Assembly (NCBI GenBank): GCA_003971905.1
Contig: RSEE01000088.1
Coordinates: 186,001-250,000, forward strand
Length of the DNA: 64,000 bases
Direction: 5' to 3'
From: Moniliella sp. 'wahieum'
Lineage: Eukaryota
Of this stretch, positions 39,658-51,630 are shown in pieces. Position 1 is the stretch's first letter. Every line of letters begins with the position of its first letter. The translations under genes and the position numbers were made by a program. Under the pieces are notes generated by a model. That model ran no database searches, was not told the origin of the DNA, and saw only the letters and a list, made by a program, of their open reading frames with translations.

Positions 39658-42109
39658 TGTGGCGGGAAAGGAGATAGGTGTGTGGGTCGATGGTGTGTAG
39701 ACTGGTATATATCCGAGAAATGCCGTATGAGGAGGAGGTTTTAGTATAGAGGGCATAATCGCCAATGGCCCAGTATCCTTCATTTTGTTCAGGGCTCTGT
39801 GACCAAGGAAACGATGATATGAAGCAAAAGCACGTCTTAGGGGTGCGATGGAGGGAGCAACTGGCTCAGGTACAGAGCCAAAAACTGAGTGAGTAACTGG
39901 CTCTCAGGCACAGCCAAAAGGGTCGCAACATGTGCTTGACGAGAAGAACAGAGCATTATGATTTTGTGCATGCGAATAAGGAAGGAAGGTGGAGAGTAGG
40001 ACACTCGACGCATGTTCAAGGCACATTAGTGTGCTCTATGAGTTGCCCTCACAACTCTGTGTGTATTGGTATACCCGCTCCATCACAGCCCATTCGGCCC
40101 TGCCAAGATATTATTGCTCGGTCTGCCAAGATATATAGGCTGGTCTGCCAAGCCTGGTTTTATTGCCTAAGCGCACGTGGCCAAAAATTATAATACGCCG
40201 GGATAGGGTTAGAAATCAAGTCGCGTCTTCGGCGATTGATGGTGTGGAGCAAAAGAGGAATGCGATAAAAACGCCAAGTACAACGGACGCAACACTCAAG
40301 AGCTGTTGATCCCGTTGGTCATGCCGATCATGTAGTAGGTCATGAAGACGCGTGAATACTGAATCGTGAATGCCATATGCCACCAAGACGTCGTCCATCA
40401 TCGATCATCGATCGATTCATTACAACACAAGATTTTCAAGAGCACCGGGGCTTTATAGTTCTCTGATGCGCGCCTGCGGCAACCAACCCCTCCTTTGATT
40501 TGTCATCCTTTCTACACCCCTATTGAATCCGCTTTCCCTTTGCCTATACCCCTTGTTGGTGGGGATCATTTACCCACCTTCCATTCTCGTCCCTTATCGC
40601 CTTTCCTGTCCAACTCCTGTGCCCGTTTCCAACCAATTGATTCAGTAAAGAGGACATCGTCTCCACTCTCATCTCCACTCTTAACTGCTTCCTCATTTCC
40701 TCACATCCTCCAGTTTTCCATCCGCCCAGTCGCCCAGTCGCCCGAGCCTTCCTTCAGCCGCGTCGATTCCCCGTAGCAGCTTATCGCGTGGGTTCCTTTC
40801 CAGCCACGTCGACAGCCGCCCCTGTCCACAGCCTCCGCTCTGGCAGTGTTTGGCCTCCTGTTGGGACACTAGTGCGGTGTGCCAAGGGCACAGCTGGATT
40901 CTGGCGCTCCCAGCCCCTTCCATCCAGCAGCTAGCTCCGCTAGTTCCGCTCGGACGGAAATGTGGCTGCCCGACATGCCTCCTTCTAGAAGCCTCGGCAG
41001 TCGTATAGCTCTTAGTCTTCCCTCTCTTCCACTCCCTCCTCCTCCTCCCTCTGCGCTATTCTCTACTATCGCTCACCAGAAGCAATCAATCCCTATCGTC
41101 TATTGACCTCCAGTTCTTGATTGCCGCCTTCCTTGGCATCGGGATCCGGTCACATCACTCCACATCCTCAACCCGTCTCTAATAAGCCCCGCAGCTTCAG
41201 AGACCTTACTACTGCCGAAGACCGAGCATACACAGTCTTGCCACACGTGCAGCCGCCTCGGCTTCCCGCCCAAAGGCCTCTCCTCGTCCCTAGCTCCGCT
41301 CGGATCCACCAGCTAGCTCAAGCACAAAACTACCGTTCTGACGGTCTCCTACGGGATTGTACCCCACAAACCTGGGTGATCCCCCTGGAGGGGAACGCCC
41401 ATGACGATCCCATCTCACCAGTCGGGGCTAAAGCGAGAGAGAAACCAGTAGAGTCGAGACTAGGTCGAGGAATGCAACATGCAATCCCTCATCTTCAGTG
41501 CATCCGTGTGTCGAGGCAGTTGATCATCATCTTCATCTTTTACAGGGAGACCGCGTGTGTGGTTTTGACATCCTCCCAGATCAACGCCCAGATCTGAGAT
41601 GCATCATCAGTGTGCCACAAGCGTCCAACTTTGGTTCAATCAATAATGCCACTTGACTCTGGGGTGGGCGCTGGGCAAAGATACAAGTGATTAACGTACC
41701 AATAAGATGTGATCTATGATTGCCGATTGTCTCTCCTGTTGGTCACACGCAATGTCACATGTGACATGTGATGTCACGCTCTTGGGGAAATTCGCTCACG
41801 CTTGACGGGTGACGCAAATAAGCGACCGGGACCAGGGTCCAAGTGGTTAATGACTAATGACGTTAATGACTCACTCATGCGTCACGCGTCATTAGCGCTT
41901 AGCCACCGGTCACCGCATCATCGATCATCGATCACTTCGTCACCGATGATCGGATCATCGACCAATGGATCACCGATTGCTAGCATCACTCTCAAATCAC
42001 AGCCAAATCACAGGATCCAAAAAAGATTAGGGGTTCAATTAATGCATTTCTGAATAGAGCAGGCGCTCGCGTTTGCGCCAGAACACCGCGGGGTAAATCC
42101 AGCGCAACT

Positions 42110-42407
42110 TCACGCGCTCGAGGACGACGACGGGAAGGGGGAGGGGCAAGGAGCGCTGCAAGAGTTAGTCGTTGCCCCCAGCCAAACGAAAAACGAGTAA
42201 GCGAAACTTGGGCACGCCATGAGGTGGAAACGTCGAAAGACTTCTGGGGCACAAGCGATGAAAGAGAGTTAGTACACGATGGACAACAGCAACAGGATGC
42301 CAAGAACGTACCAGTGTGCATGGCCTTTGGAGCTGCAAGTGCACAGAGAGGGAAGACAAGTTAGCTGAAGAACAGGGAGCGCGTGGAATGGGGACGGTAC
42401 CGGCCAT
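42110..42407 (-). CDS. Candidate micro-exon microprotein, MAAPKAMHTEVFRRFHLMAAPCPSPFPSSSSSA (33 aa); coding exons 42407-42401, 42332-42312, 42243-42216, 42155-42110
   Basis: Three GT-AG introns (42400-42333, 42311-42244, 42215-42156), each with a CTAAC branch point, join into one open frame; a further upstream intron at 42705-42605; ATG has A at -3; TATAAAAA at about 42792-42785. No homology could be checked. Confidence 0.6.
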
Positions 42408-44460
42408 GATGTTAAGGATGGTCGTCAAGGTGTTGGCCACGGATGATTTGGGAGGTTGTGGGTAACACGCGTGGCTCAGGACGTGGTAGAAGCTCTTGAT
42501 TCCCAGTTGGGGTGTCGATTTGGATCCGAGACGACGCTGGCGATGGGCTTGGAGATGCTCGCGGCGACATTGAGGATGATCTTGACCTGCGACGGTCTCC
42601 CAACCTGGCAGAAGAGCAGGCAGACAGGGTGAGGGTGTGTTAGTATACTCAGTCCTGGGCTCGAGGGGATGTGCGAGACCACAGGTGGGGGATAGGGGAA
42701 GGCACGTATCCAGAGGAAGGTTGGTTGTTTGCTGGGAAGGATGGTGGTGGGAGGGGGACGGAAGCGAACCTGGGGGGGGCGGGCTTTTTATATCCACGTT
42801 TCCTAGGGGCATTTAGGCATGTATATATTCAGGCTGCCGATCCCTGCGACGGAACGCTAGCGAAGGCCAGCAGCACGACACTGTCACATTCCTCTGGCGC
42901 TGAGGCAGTGTTACTTTCCGCCATGCTCGAGCGGAATGCCCAGGGCAATGCCCTCTCGCGTCGCGTTCTGAAAAGCTACAGAGTGCTCTCAACTATGGTA
43001 TCCGCACTCCTGCTCCAAAAGACGAAGTGGCATCCCTTTGAAGCAGCAACGCCTCCTTTGGCCCCAGTCTGGGGGCCTCAAACTCAGATTCACAACTGAT
43101 CAGCAACCACCCACAGCTTATGAAAAGAAGATGATATCAGACCCATAGCAACTCCGGTATAGAAGTACTGCTCTTTGCAGCAGCGTGTGTGTTGCGCATT
43201 CTACTTGTTGGCACTAGATTACAGGAAGAGCTATCGCCTATAGTTTTGCGCGGAATCAGTAACGTCGATGGTATTGAACAGGGAGCCTGCTAGGGTGGTG
43301 TTGCATAGCCTCGATGAGCCATACAGAGAATTGGTTTGATGGAGCCGAACATCATAAGTCTTTTTGCCCGTATGACCATAGTTGCTGTTGAAAGGAAACA
43401 CCATTATATAGTGAAAGAGATATGGGATGGTTGGTATATATTTACAAGGGATACCGTAGTATTACCAAGACTTCCTCCCTTTTCTGCTCTTCACTACGAG
43501 CCATTATGGTGTGAAGGCCTCGTATTCTTCCCAATAATTAATGGAAAGTATGAATCAAACCTCATATGGGGCAAGCGCCTGTGCTTCCCAAGATAACATT
43601 GACGCCCATGTCGACCAATGCCCCTCCGCAATATATATGTGGTTGTGTGGAAAGCCTGAGCCCCCCACCCCTCCTGCACAACAGTCTATTTGTGCATAGT
43701 GTATGAAAGCTATCCATATGTTGTGAAGCACTGTGTGCATGTACATGTTCCCAAACATGATCCACTGATTCTCGAAAAATGCAGAAGATGCAAGCTATTC
43801 AGACTTCTTCTATTGGCCATCAGCTTCCAGCTGAATCCCAAGACTGAATATTGATTGTCTCGTTTCCCCGTTGTGATGAGTCTCGGGCACTTAGTTTAAA
43901 GATGCATCTGCGTTTCACTCGCTATAGCTACTCACTCTCTGAACTTACAAAATGACATACTAGTCTCTGTATAACGTCTGTATACCATACACAGTTGGTG
44001 TTCTGGCATACGTTGATATCTCTTTTCTAGCATACACATGCGTGCGTCTCGCTAGTTTTTGTATCAAATATCTTGCTTGTCGTAACTCACTACGAACAGT
44101 TGCCTCTAACATGGCCATGGTGTATATAGGAAACGGCATAGTACAGGAGGAAGCGTACACTTTGGCCATAAGTTTTGGTGACCGACATGGTGGTGAGAAG
44201 AGTCCGAGTCCCACTCGGCGTAGGCACGCCGTCTGCATCCATGGCCATCGACTTGGGTGTAGCACATGCCGGTATCGACTTGGATGTATCTGCTCCACTT
44301 GTGCATATCTGCATGGGCACATCGCATGGACCTTGGCGCATTGCACGACTTGTGTGTTTTTGTGCGTACTGCATAGGCTTGCGCATATTGCACGGACTTG
44401 TGCGTATCGCATCGACTTAGCGTACAGAGCCGCGCCCACGATGCGCAGCAGCACCACCGG

Positions 44461-44569
44461 GCGCATCACCCAAATGCTCACCGCATCCGCCATGCAGCAC
44501 CGGGCGCATCACCCATTGCTCACCGCATTCGCCAGGCCGGCGTTGCGCATCACCCAATGCTCACCGCAT
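44461..44569 (+). repeat. Three copies of a ~25-bp direct repeat, GCGCATCACCCAW(A)TGCTCACCGCAT, with a period of about 42 bp
   Basis: Copies start at 44461, 44504 and 44545. Confidence 0.85.
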
Positions 44570-46709
44570 GCAGCTGCCCGTCGTGTGTCTCAGATGCCCA
44601 CGCGCGTACATATTTCGCAACCCCCCGCCCAGCTGAGACACCCCCTCCCAGTGGGCCACTGTCCAGCCCTATCCCGTTCAATTTGGCCGGGGTGGTTGGT
44701 GGACCCTGGATTTGGCATACTGTCCCCGTGCCCAGGCGTCACCCGTCAAGCGTGAGCGGATTTCCCCAAGAGTGTCACGCGTCAAGTGTCACACGTCACG
44801 GTGCAACAATACAGCCTGCAGGTGGCTTCGTAACGCGTAACGCGTATAAATGGGGCCGGTGTTTCGTGCGGTGTCGAAGAAAAAAGGGCTCTATAGCCCT
44901 GGTGTGGGATGGCTGCGGCATTTCGAAGACGTGTGACTAGTGACTTTCGAAGATATACGCCTTCTGAGATCTGACCTCGATCTGACCGGTCACCGGTCAC
45001 CGGTCACCGGTCACGGGTCAACTTCAAGTGGCCGGTGGCCGTTTCACAGTCCCATGCGCGGCCCATTGCATTGGTGCGTGTATCCGTCAGTCGAGCAGTA
45101 CAGCAGTACAGCAGTACAGCAGTACAGCTACAGCACAAATGATCGAAATGATCTCAACAGTACAAAAGTCGCAAGATGGTTGCTTGTCCTACAACCTGGC
45201 GGAGCCTGGCCGAGCGCGTTGAACATGTCGAACGTTGAAGTTGAAGTTGAACTTCAAAACGTTGAGCGCGCGCTGAGCGTGAGCTGTAGCAATTAGTAAC
45301 TAGTAACTACGGCTCGTGCGCGTGACGCGTAAGCGTAAGCGTAACGCGAACGTTTATATGTTTACCGTTTACACCTTAAAAACGTTTAACGTGGTCGATT
45401 TCCGTGTGGTACGCCGTCACGCGTCACACGTCACGCATCACATGTTACATGTCACCGGTGTCACCGGTCACCTATCATTAGATCACTAAATCATTATCAT
45501 TTCCCCCTCGCATCGAAGCAGGAGGCGTGCTGTGTACTGCGTAACGCACTGGATGTGTGACGTATCACATGCACATCCCATGCGTGATACATGGTACGTT
45601 GTACACAAACCCAAAACCTGATGGCTTGGAAAGCGATGTATGTAAAAAGAGAACACACGTCTGGGCCTGTCGGGGCTGTCATGCATGTCATGGCTGTCTG
45701 GGCCTGGGGAGGTCAGGTGGAGAGTATCGTATGGCCCACACCGGACATGTTCGGCGGGTTATGGATCCTGCCCGTACGGGGAAGAGAAACAGGCAGTGTG
45801 TGGCATGTGAAGCTTGAAGTGTGAAGCAACTGTGCAGAGCCCGACGAGTGACTGATAGGACCGCGGCCTAGCGAGCGTTAAGCTTGAAGCTATGTCAGTG
45901 AGAGCGCGCATGATGCTTTTGAAGCTTGAAAAGCTTGAAGCTCGAAGCCTTGGAATCTTAGGCCTTAGGCATTAGGTCTTAGGTCACTAGTCACTAGTCA
46001 CTACCCAATACCCAATACCCAATACTCAGTACTCAATTGTACTCACTTGCTTCTTGAAGCTAGCTTGAATCAGAACTCGAAGCTTGAAACCTGAGCCTGG
46101 GCGTGAAGAACTTGAAGGTTGAACGTTGAACGTTGAACGCGCTGAACGGTTGGGGTCTGAACGTCTGAGATTCTGAGACGTTGAGGTCTGAACGTCTGAG
46201 AGTCAGATCGTTGAACGCCCTCAGCTCCTGAGGCCTGAGGTCCATGAGGCGCGACGGCCGGCGCTGAATGGGATACACAATGTGGATTACATGTGTCACA
46301 TGTCCCCGGTTACATGTTACACACAGGTTACAATGCGCTGTACAGGTTACAAAATGCGCTGTGAATCGTATAGAATTAAATATCGCCTCCCTTGCGTAAC
46401 GCGTAACAGGTCAGACAGGGCCAGGACAGAGGGAGGGGAGAGGGGGGGATGGAGAGAGAGCCTTGGAACAGAAAACGATTAGAGTACGAGACAATATTGC
46501 CAGGGTGAGAGGCCTCAGACGCGGGCAGTTTGTACGACCACAACTTGATGCGGTAAAACAAATGTGCCCTAACCCCGCCCCCACCCAAGCCCCCTCCGTT
46601 GTGCGTTGCCCAACTTAGCCCATCGAACCCCGCTAGTCCAGTACAGGAACACATTGCACCCCGGCTGGGAACGAGGCACCAAACCGGAGAATGAATGACC
46701 TCCTCCGAA

Positions 46710-48354
46710 TTAATGCAACGGAGCCGACTGAGCCAGGGGCGGGAGGAAGTGCACGTTATCCAGGGGACGTGAGGTCGGCGCGGACGCGCCGCCGTGATGG
46801 CCGGGGTGCACCTCTGGCACGTCGCCCACATACTTCTCAATCACTTTGCACAGGGCATGTTCCAATGCCTTCCACGAGAAGGTTTTGACGTCTTTGGCAA
46901 TGGTGCGTGGCTTGGGGTCCTTAAAGTTCATGATCCGCTGGAAAAAGTCCTCCGAGCCGCCCGAATACTTGCGGATCGTCTCGGGATGGAAGCCCTCGAG
47001 GTTCCGGCGGATGCGGTTTTTTTCTTCGATCGAGAACCGGCTTGCGACGAGGGCTTCGAGCAACAGAATCGTGTCGACCGACGTGATGTAGCACTCGTTG
47101 CGGTCGGCACGGAAGATGCACGAAACCACAATTGAGTTTTTCACGTACTGGTCCGGCATGATGGGGCGAAAGGTGGCATGGATGGTGGTGCCCTCTTGCT
47201 TGCGCCAGAATTGCACCAGCCGGCGACCCTCGTTGAGCTCGTCCACGGTCCAGCCGTACGCCATGGAACACAAGTCGCCTTGCAGTCGTAACTGGGCCCG
47301 AGGTAGGCGGGGCATGGCATCGGTAACGAAGCTGCCATCGTGCGAATGATTCGACTGGGGAGCCCGTACAAGCGGCGGCGCACTCAACGGCTGCATTGGT
47401 TTCCCCGCCATTCCCGACTGGGGTGTGCGCAGAGCCATTCCACGTCCAGCAGGCGAAGCCGACTGGGGAGGGGCGTGATCAGAGTAGTAGCGACCACGCG
47501 TGTATGGGGTGGGAGTATCCCGGGGACGCGCTCCAATCGACATACTGCTTCCGCCACGGATCGGGCCGTACTGCGACGAGCTAGTGGCATTGCTCGCATT
47601 CCATAGCTCGGACGAACCCGGTTCAAGCCTGGGTGGATGATGCATAGAGGGTTGCGTAGCTGCAGACCCGCAACGAGAAGTATTAGAAGAAACATCCAAT
47701 ATTGGGAAGTTAAGTGGCGGAAGCAAAGAGAGGGACGTACTGATCTGGAAAGTGCCAACGCTGTGTAGTGACGTGGTATTGAAACCGGCTGGCCGGAATT
47801 GAAGCCGAATCGGAACGTTGTCTGGATTCACAGACGGCATGTCGGCTAACATGGGCACATTGGCGAACAGAACGACCGATGCAAAGCCAGGGGAGGGCGG
47901 CGGCTCATAGCTAGCGTGGGCAGCTACGAGGAACGGGCCTAGGGTAAAGTGGAACTGGAGGTCGTTTGGTCCTGGACGCTGATGTTCGAGTAAATGGGCG
48001 GGCAGCGTGACGCGGACAGAAATCTGGGAGCCTTGGGGGCCGCTCATGGGCATGAGAGGCTCGATGCGTAGGTCATCCGTGCCCGGCGTGGCGGGCGAGC
48101 CAGAGGCGCCAGCGGGGCGGGGGGGAAGGTCAGGCGAGTGGGCGGCGCTGGATGCGAGGGGGCGGTGGTGGAGGCAGCCACCGAGTGCGCTGGGGCGGCA
48201 TGGGATCCAGACGACAGCGACGGGTCGGCCGCAGTCGACACGGGGTAGGCCCACTGGCTCGGCATGGACGAAGCAGTGCTGCGGCTGCGGCTGGCAGTAC
48301 TGAGGGGTGGGAGCGCCGTGGGACGTGGTGGTGCGCTGCGAAGGAGGCCGACAT
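46710..48354 (-). CDS. MedA/Medusa-domain transcriptional regulator; start inferred across a frameshift
   Basis: C-terminal 'RRLVQFWRKQEG..I...F', 'VVSCIF......CYITSVDTILLLEAL...RFSIEEKNRIRRNLEGF.P.TI.K', 'FF..IM.F..PKPR.I.KDVK.F.W..L..AL.KVI.KY'. Confidence 0.85.
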
Positions 48355-49093
48355 GGGGGCGAAGGAGGAGTTGGAGGGAACGAAGCAACGCGGAGGCACG
48401 GAGAGCGGGCAGAGGGACGCGTGTGGCTGCTCCGGCCGGATACGCGGCCACAGCAGCGCCCAGCAGGCCCAGCTCAGGCTCATCTGAGCGCTGAGTACGG
48501 CAGGCGCACCCGAGCACGGCCCACAGACGGCCATCAATCACCGGTCGCCGATCATCGGTCATCGATCACCGGCCAACTGGGACTGCCGGGGAAGATGGGC
48601 CTGGGGAGCTGTGCGTGAGGGTGATGTATGACGCGATGACGTGTGATGGGTGACATGTGATGCATGATGAAGGAGTAGTCGCTGATTGGGACTTGTCGGT
48701 ACCGAGTCAGTAACTCAGGACTCGGTCCCGTACGTACACTGCAGTACACGGCCTAGGTAGGTAGGTACTCGGTGACGAGAATGACTTGCAGCTTCAAGCT
48801 TCAAGCTTCAATACACACAGGGTACGGGGTCCGAAACGGCCAGGGACGGCGCGATGTATGAGACACTGCAATGATTAATGACTTGAAGCTTGAAGTTGCG
48901 CTTGAGTAGCTAGGGACAAACACGCGTCACCGTGTCAGGCATGTCACATGCCACATTGACTGGGATGATCGAGATGATCGATTATCGAGTAAGTCGATTC
49001 AGCTTTAAGCTTTAAGGCCTAAGATCTAAGATCGATTAAATATTAGGATGTTGAGATCTGAGATTCGTTGTTAGACGAGGTCGATGAGGCCGA

Positions 49094-51630
49094 TGTTGAC
49101 TGTGATCCTCTGGCTCCCAGTCGGTAGACCAGGTTCGCCTCGGTTCCATCGGCTTCCACGCTGACGTCCCTGCGTGTCACTGTCCCTGTGCCCTGCACTC
49201 TCTCCTGTGTGACTCACTGTCCCTGTGCCTAGTCCAGCCTCCTATAGATGCCTCTGTACCCAGACCCAACTCTGGCTCCAATCCATCACTTCTCCTCATC
49301 CTTCTGCCCGTCCGGCTCCCTAGGCCAACAGAGCTACAATCTGATCCCCCGGAAGGGGAGCGCTCTTCAAGCAAGCCCACCCCCAAGCCTACAAGCCCAA
49401 GCTAAGCCGCCAAGCCCACAAGACACACCCGTCCTCCCGCCCAACAACACCACCGCCACAATCGGCACCTTACCGCCACAATCGGCATACTACCGCCACA
49501 ATCGGCATACTACCGCCACAATCGGCACACTCGTCCCCACAGATGGGGCAATGATTTTTAGGGACAACACACGACGGAACAAAACGTGTCGGGTATCGTC
49601 AACGAGACGAAATTCCTCCAACGACAAAACGGCGCAGGCGAATCGCAGAAAGCGGGGGTGGCTGCTCATCAAGTGCCCCACCCACGGCTACACGCCCCGG
49701 ATTGCCAATTCATCCGGGGCACCTGGGGAAAGGATGGGGGGGGGTGGTCACCCAACTTCTTCCACTCCTCTTTTTCAACAACAAAGAGAACCCAAACAGA
49801 TCAAGACGGTTGACGCATAGCGCCCGTTCATTTCCCATGCCCAATGGACCCCACTGGCACCAGGCATGCGGAACCAAAACTACCAAACGCATCCAATTTT
49901 GATGCCAAACGACCTTGGACCGCATTTACTCCAAGTTTCCAATTTTCTTTCACTACACCTATAACTGGTGCTTTTTACTTTTGCCCACCAAATCGCTTCG
50001 GGGCGCAACCCCTACTACTTTTACTTCTAAGACTTCTACAAGCATCTGGCGGTCGCACAATACACCAACCACAAGCGCTCGGCTCGTTCAGGTGTCATCC
50101 TGGACAGCGGGGGTGTAGGCCAGTCGTGTGGCCATGCACAACTCCAGGCCATTCGTCCCGGTTGCCACTCAAGTCCTCCCCTCTCTACATCCACTGGCAG
50201 GAGCTCATCCCACAACCGATGCTCCGGGTTCCCTGGCCAGCGGGGGTGTTGACTGTGATCCTCTGGCTCCCAGTCGGTAGACCAGGTTCGCCTCGGTTCC
50301 ATCGGCTTCCACGCTGACGTCCCTGCGTGTCACTGTCCCTGTGCCCTGCACTCTCTCTGTGTGACTCACTGTCCCTGTGCCTAGTCCAGCCTCCTATATA
50401 GATGCCTCTGTACCCAGACCCAACTCTGGCTCCAATCCATCACCTTCTCCTCATCCTTTGCCCGTCCGGCTCCCTAGGTAACAGAGCTACAATCTGATCC
50501 CCCCGGAAGGGGAGCGCTCTTCAAGCAAGCCCACCCCCAAGCCTACAAGCCCAAGCTAAGCCGCCAAGCCCACAAGACACACCCGTCCTCCCGCCCAACA
50601 ACACCACCGCCACAATCGGCACCTTACCGCCACAATCGGCATACTACCGCCACAATCGGCATACTACCGCCACAATCGGCACACTCGTCCCCCACAGATG
50701 GGGCAATGATTTTAGGGACAACACACGACGGAACAAAACGTGTCGGGTATCGTCAACGAGACGAAATTCCTCCAACGACAAAACGGCGCAGGCGAATCGC
50801 AGAAAGCGGGGGTGGCTGCTCATCAAGTGCCCCACCCACGGCTACACGCCCCGGATTGCCAATTCATCCGGGGCACTGGGGAAAGGATGGGGGGGGGTGG
50901 TCACCCAACTTCTTCCACTCCTCTTTTTCAACAACAAAGAGAACCCAAACAGATCAAGACGGTTGACGCATAGCCCGTTCATTTCCCATGCCCAATGGAC
51001 CCACTGGCACCAGGCATGCGGAACCAAACAACTACCAAACGCATCCAATTTGATGCCAAACGACCTTGGACCGCATTTACTCCAAGTTTCCAATTTCTTT
51101 CACTACACCTATAACTGGTGCTTTTTACTTTTGCCCACCAAATCGCTTCGGGGCGCAACCCCTACTACTTTTACTTCTAAGACTTCTACAAGCATCTGGC
51201 GGTCGCACAATACACCAACCACAAGCGCTCGGCTCGTTCAGGTGTCATCCTGGACAGCGGGGGTGTAGGCCAGTCGTGTGGCCATGCACAACTCCAGGCC
51301 ATTCGTCCCGGTGCCACTCAAGTCCTCCCCTCTCTACATCCACTGGCAGGAGCTCATCCCACAACCGATGTCTCCGGGTTCCCTGGCCAGCGGGGTGTTG
51401 TGACTGTGATCCTCTGGCCAGTCGGTTAGACAGGTTCGCCTCGGTTCCATCGGCTTCCACGCTGACGTCCCTGCGTGTCACTGTCCTGTGCCCTGCACCT
51501 CTCCTGTGTGACTCACTGTCCCTGTGCCTAGTCCAGCCTCCTATATAGATGCCCTGTACCCAGACCCAACTCTGGCTCCAATCCATCACCTTCTCCTCAT
51601 CCTTCTGCCCGTCCGGCTCCCTAGGCCAAA
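49094..51630 (+). mobile_element. Second insertion of the TRIM-like element as a tandem dimer: LTR 49094-49330, internal 49331-50246, LTR 50247-50483, internal 50484-51395, LTR 51396-51630
   Basis: Near-identical to the reverse complement of the 11873-14741 units; TSD GCCGA at 49089-49093 and 51631-51635; G-run PPT before the 2nd and 3rd LTR. Confidence 0.93.

Noticed and set aside
40879..41597. Plus-strand ORFs between PHO89 and the micro-exon gene
   Set aside because: No recognisable domain, no clear start or splice structure; cannot be supported without expression data.
44461..44569. Repeat-spacer-repeat pattern resembling a mini CRISPR array
   Set aside because: Only three copies, spacers are short and related to each other, and there are no cas genes.
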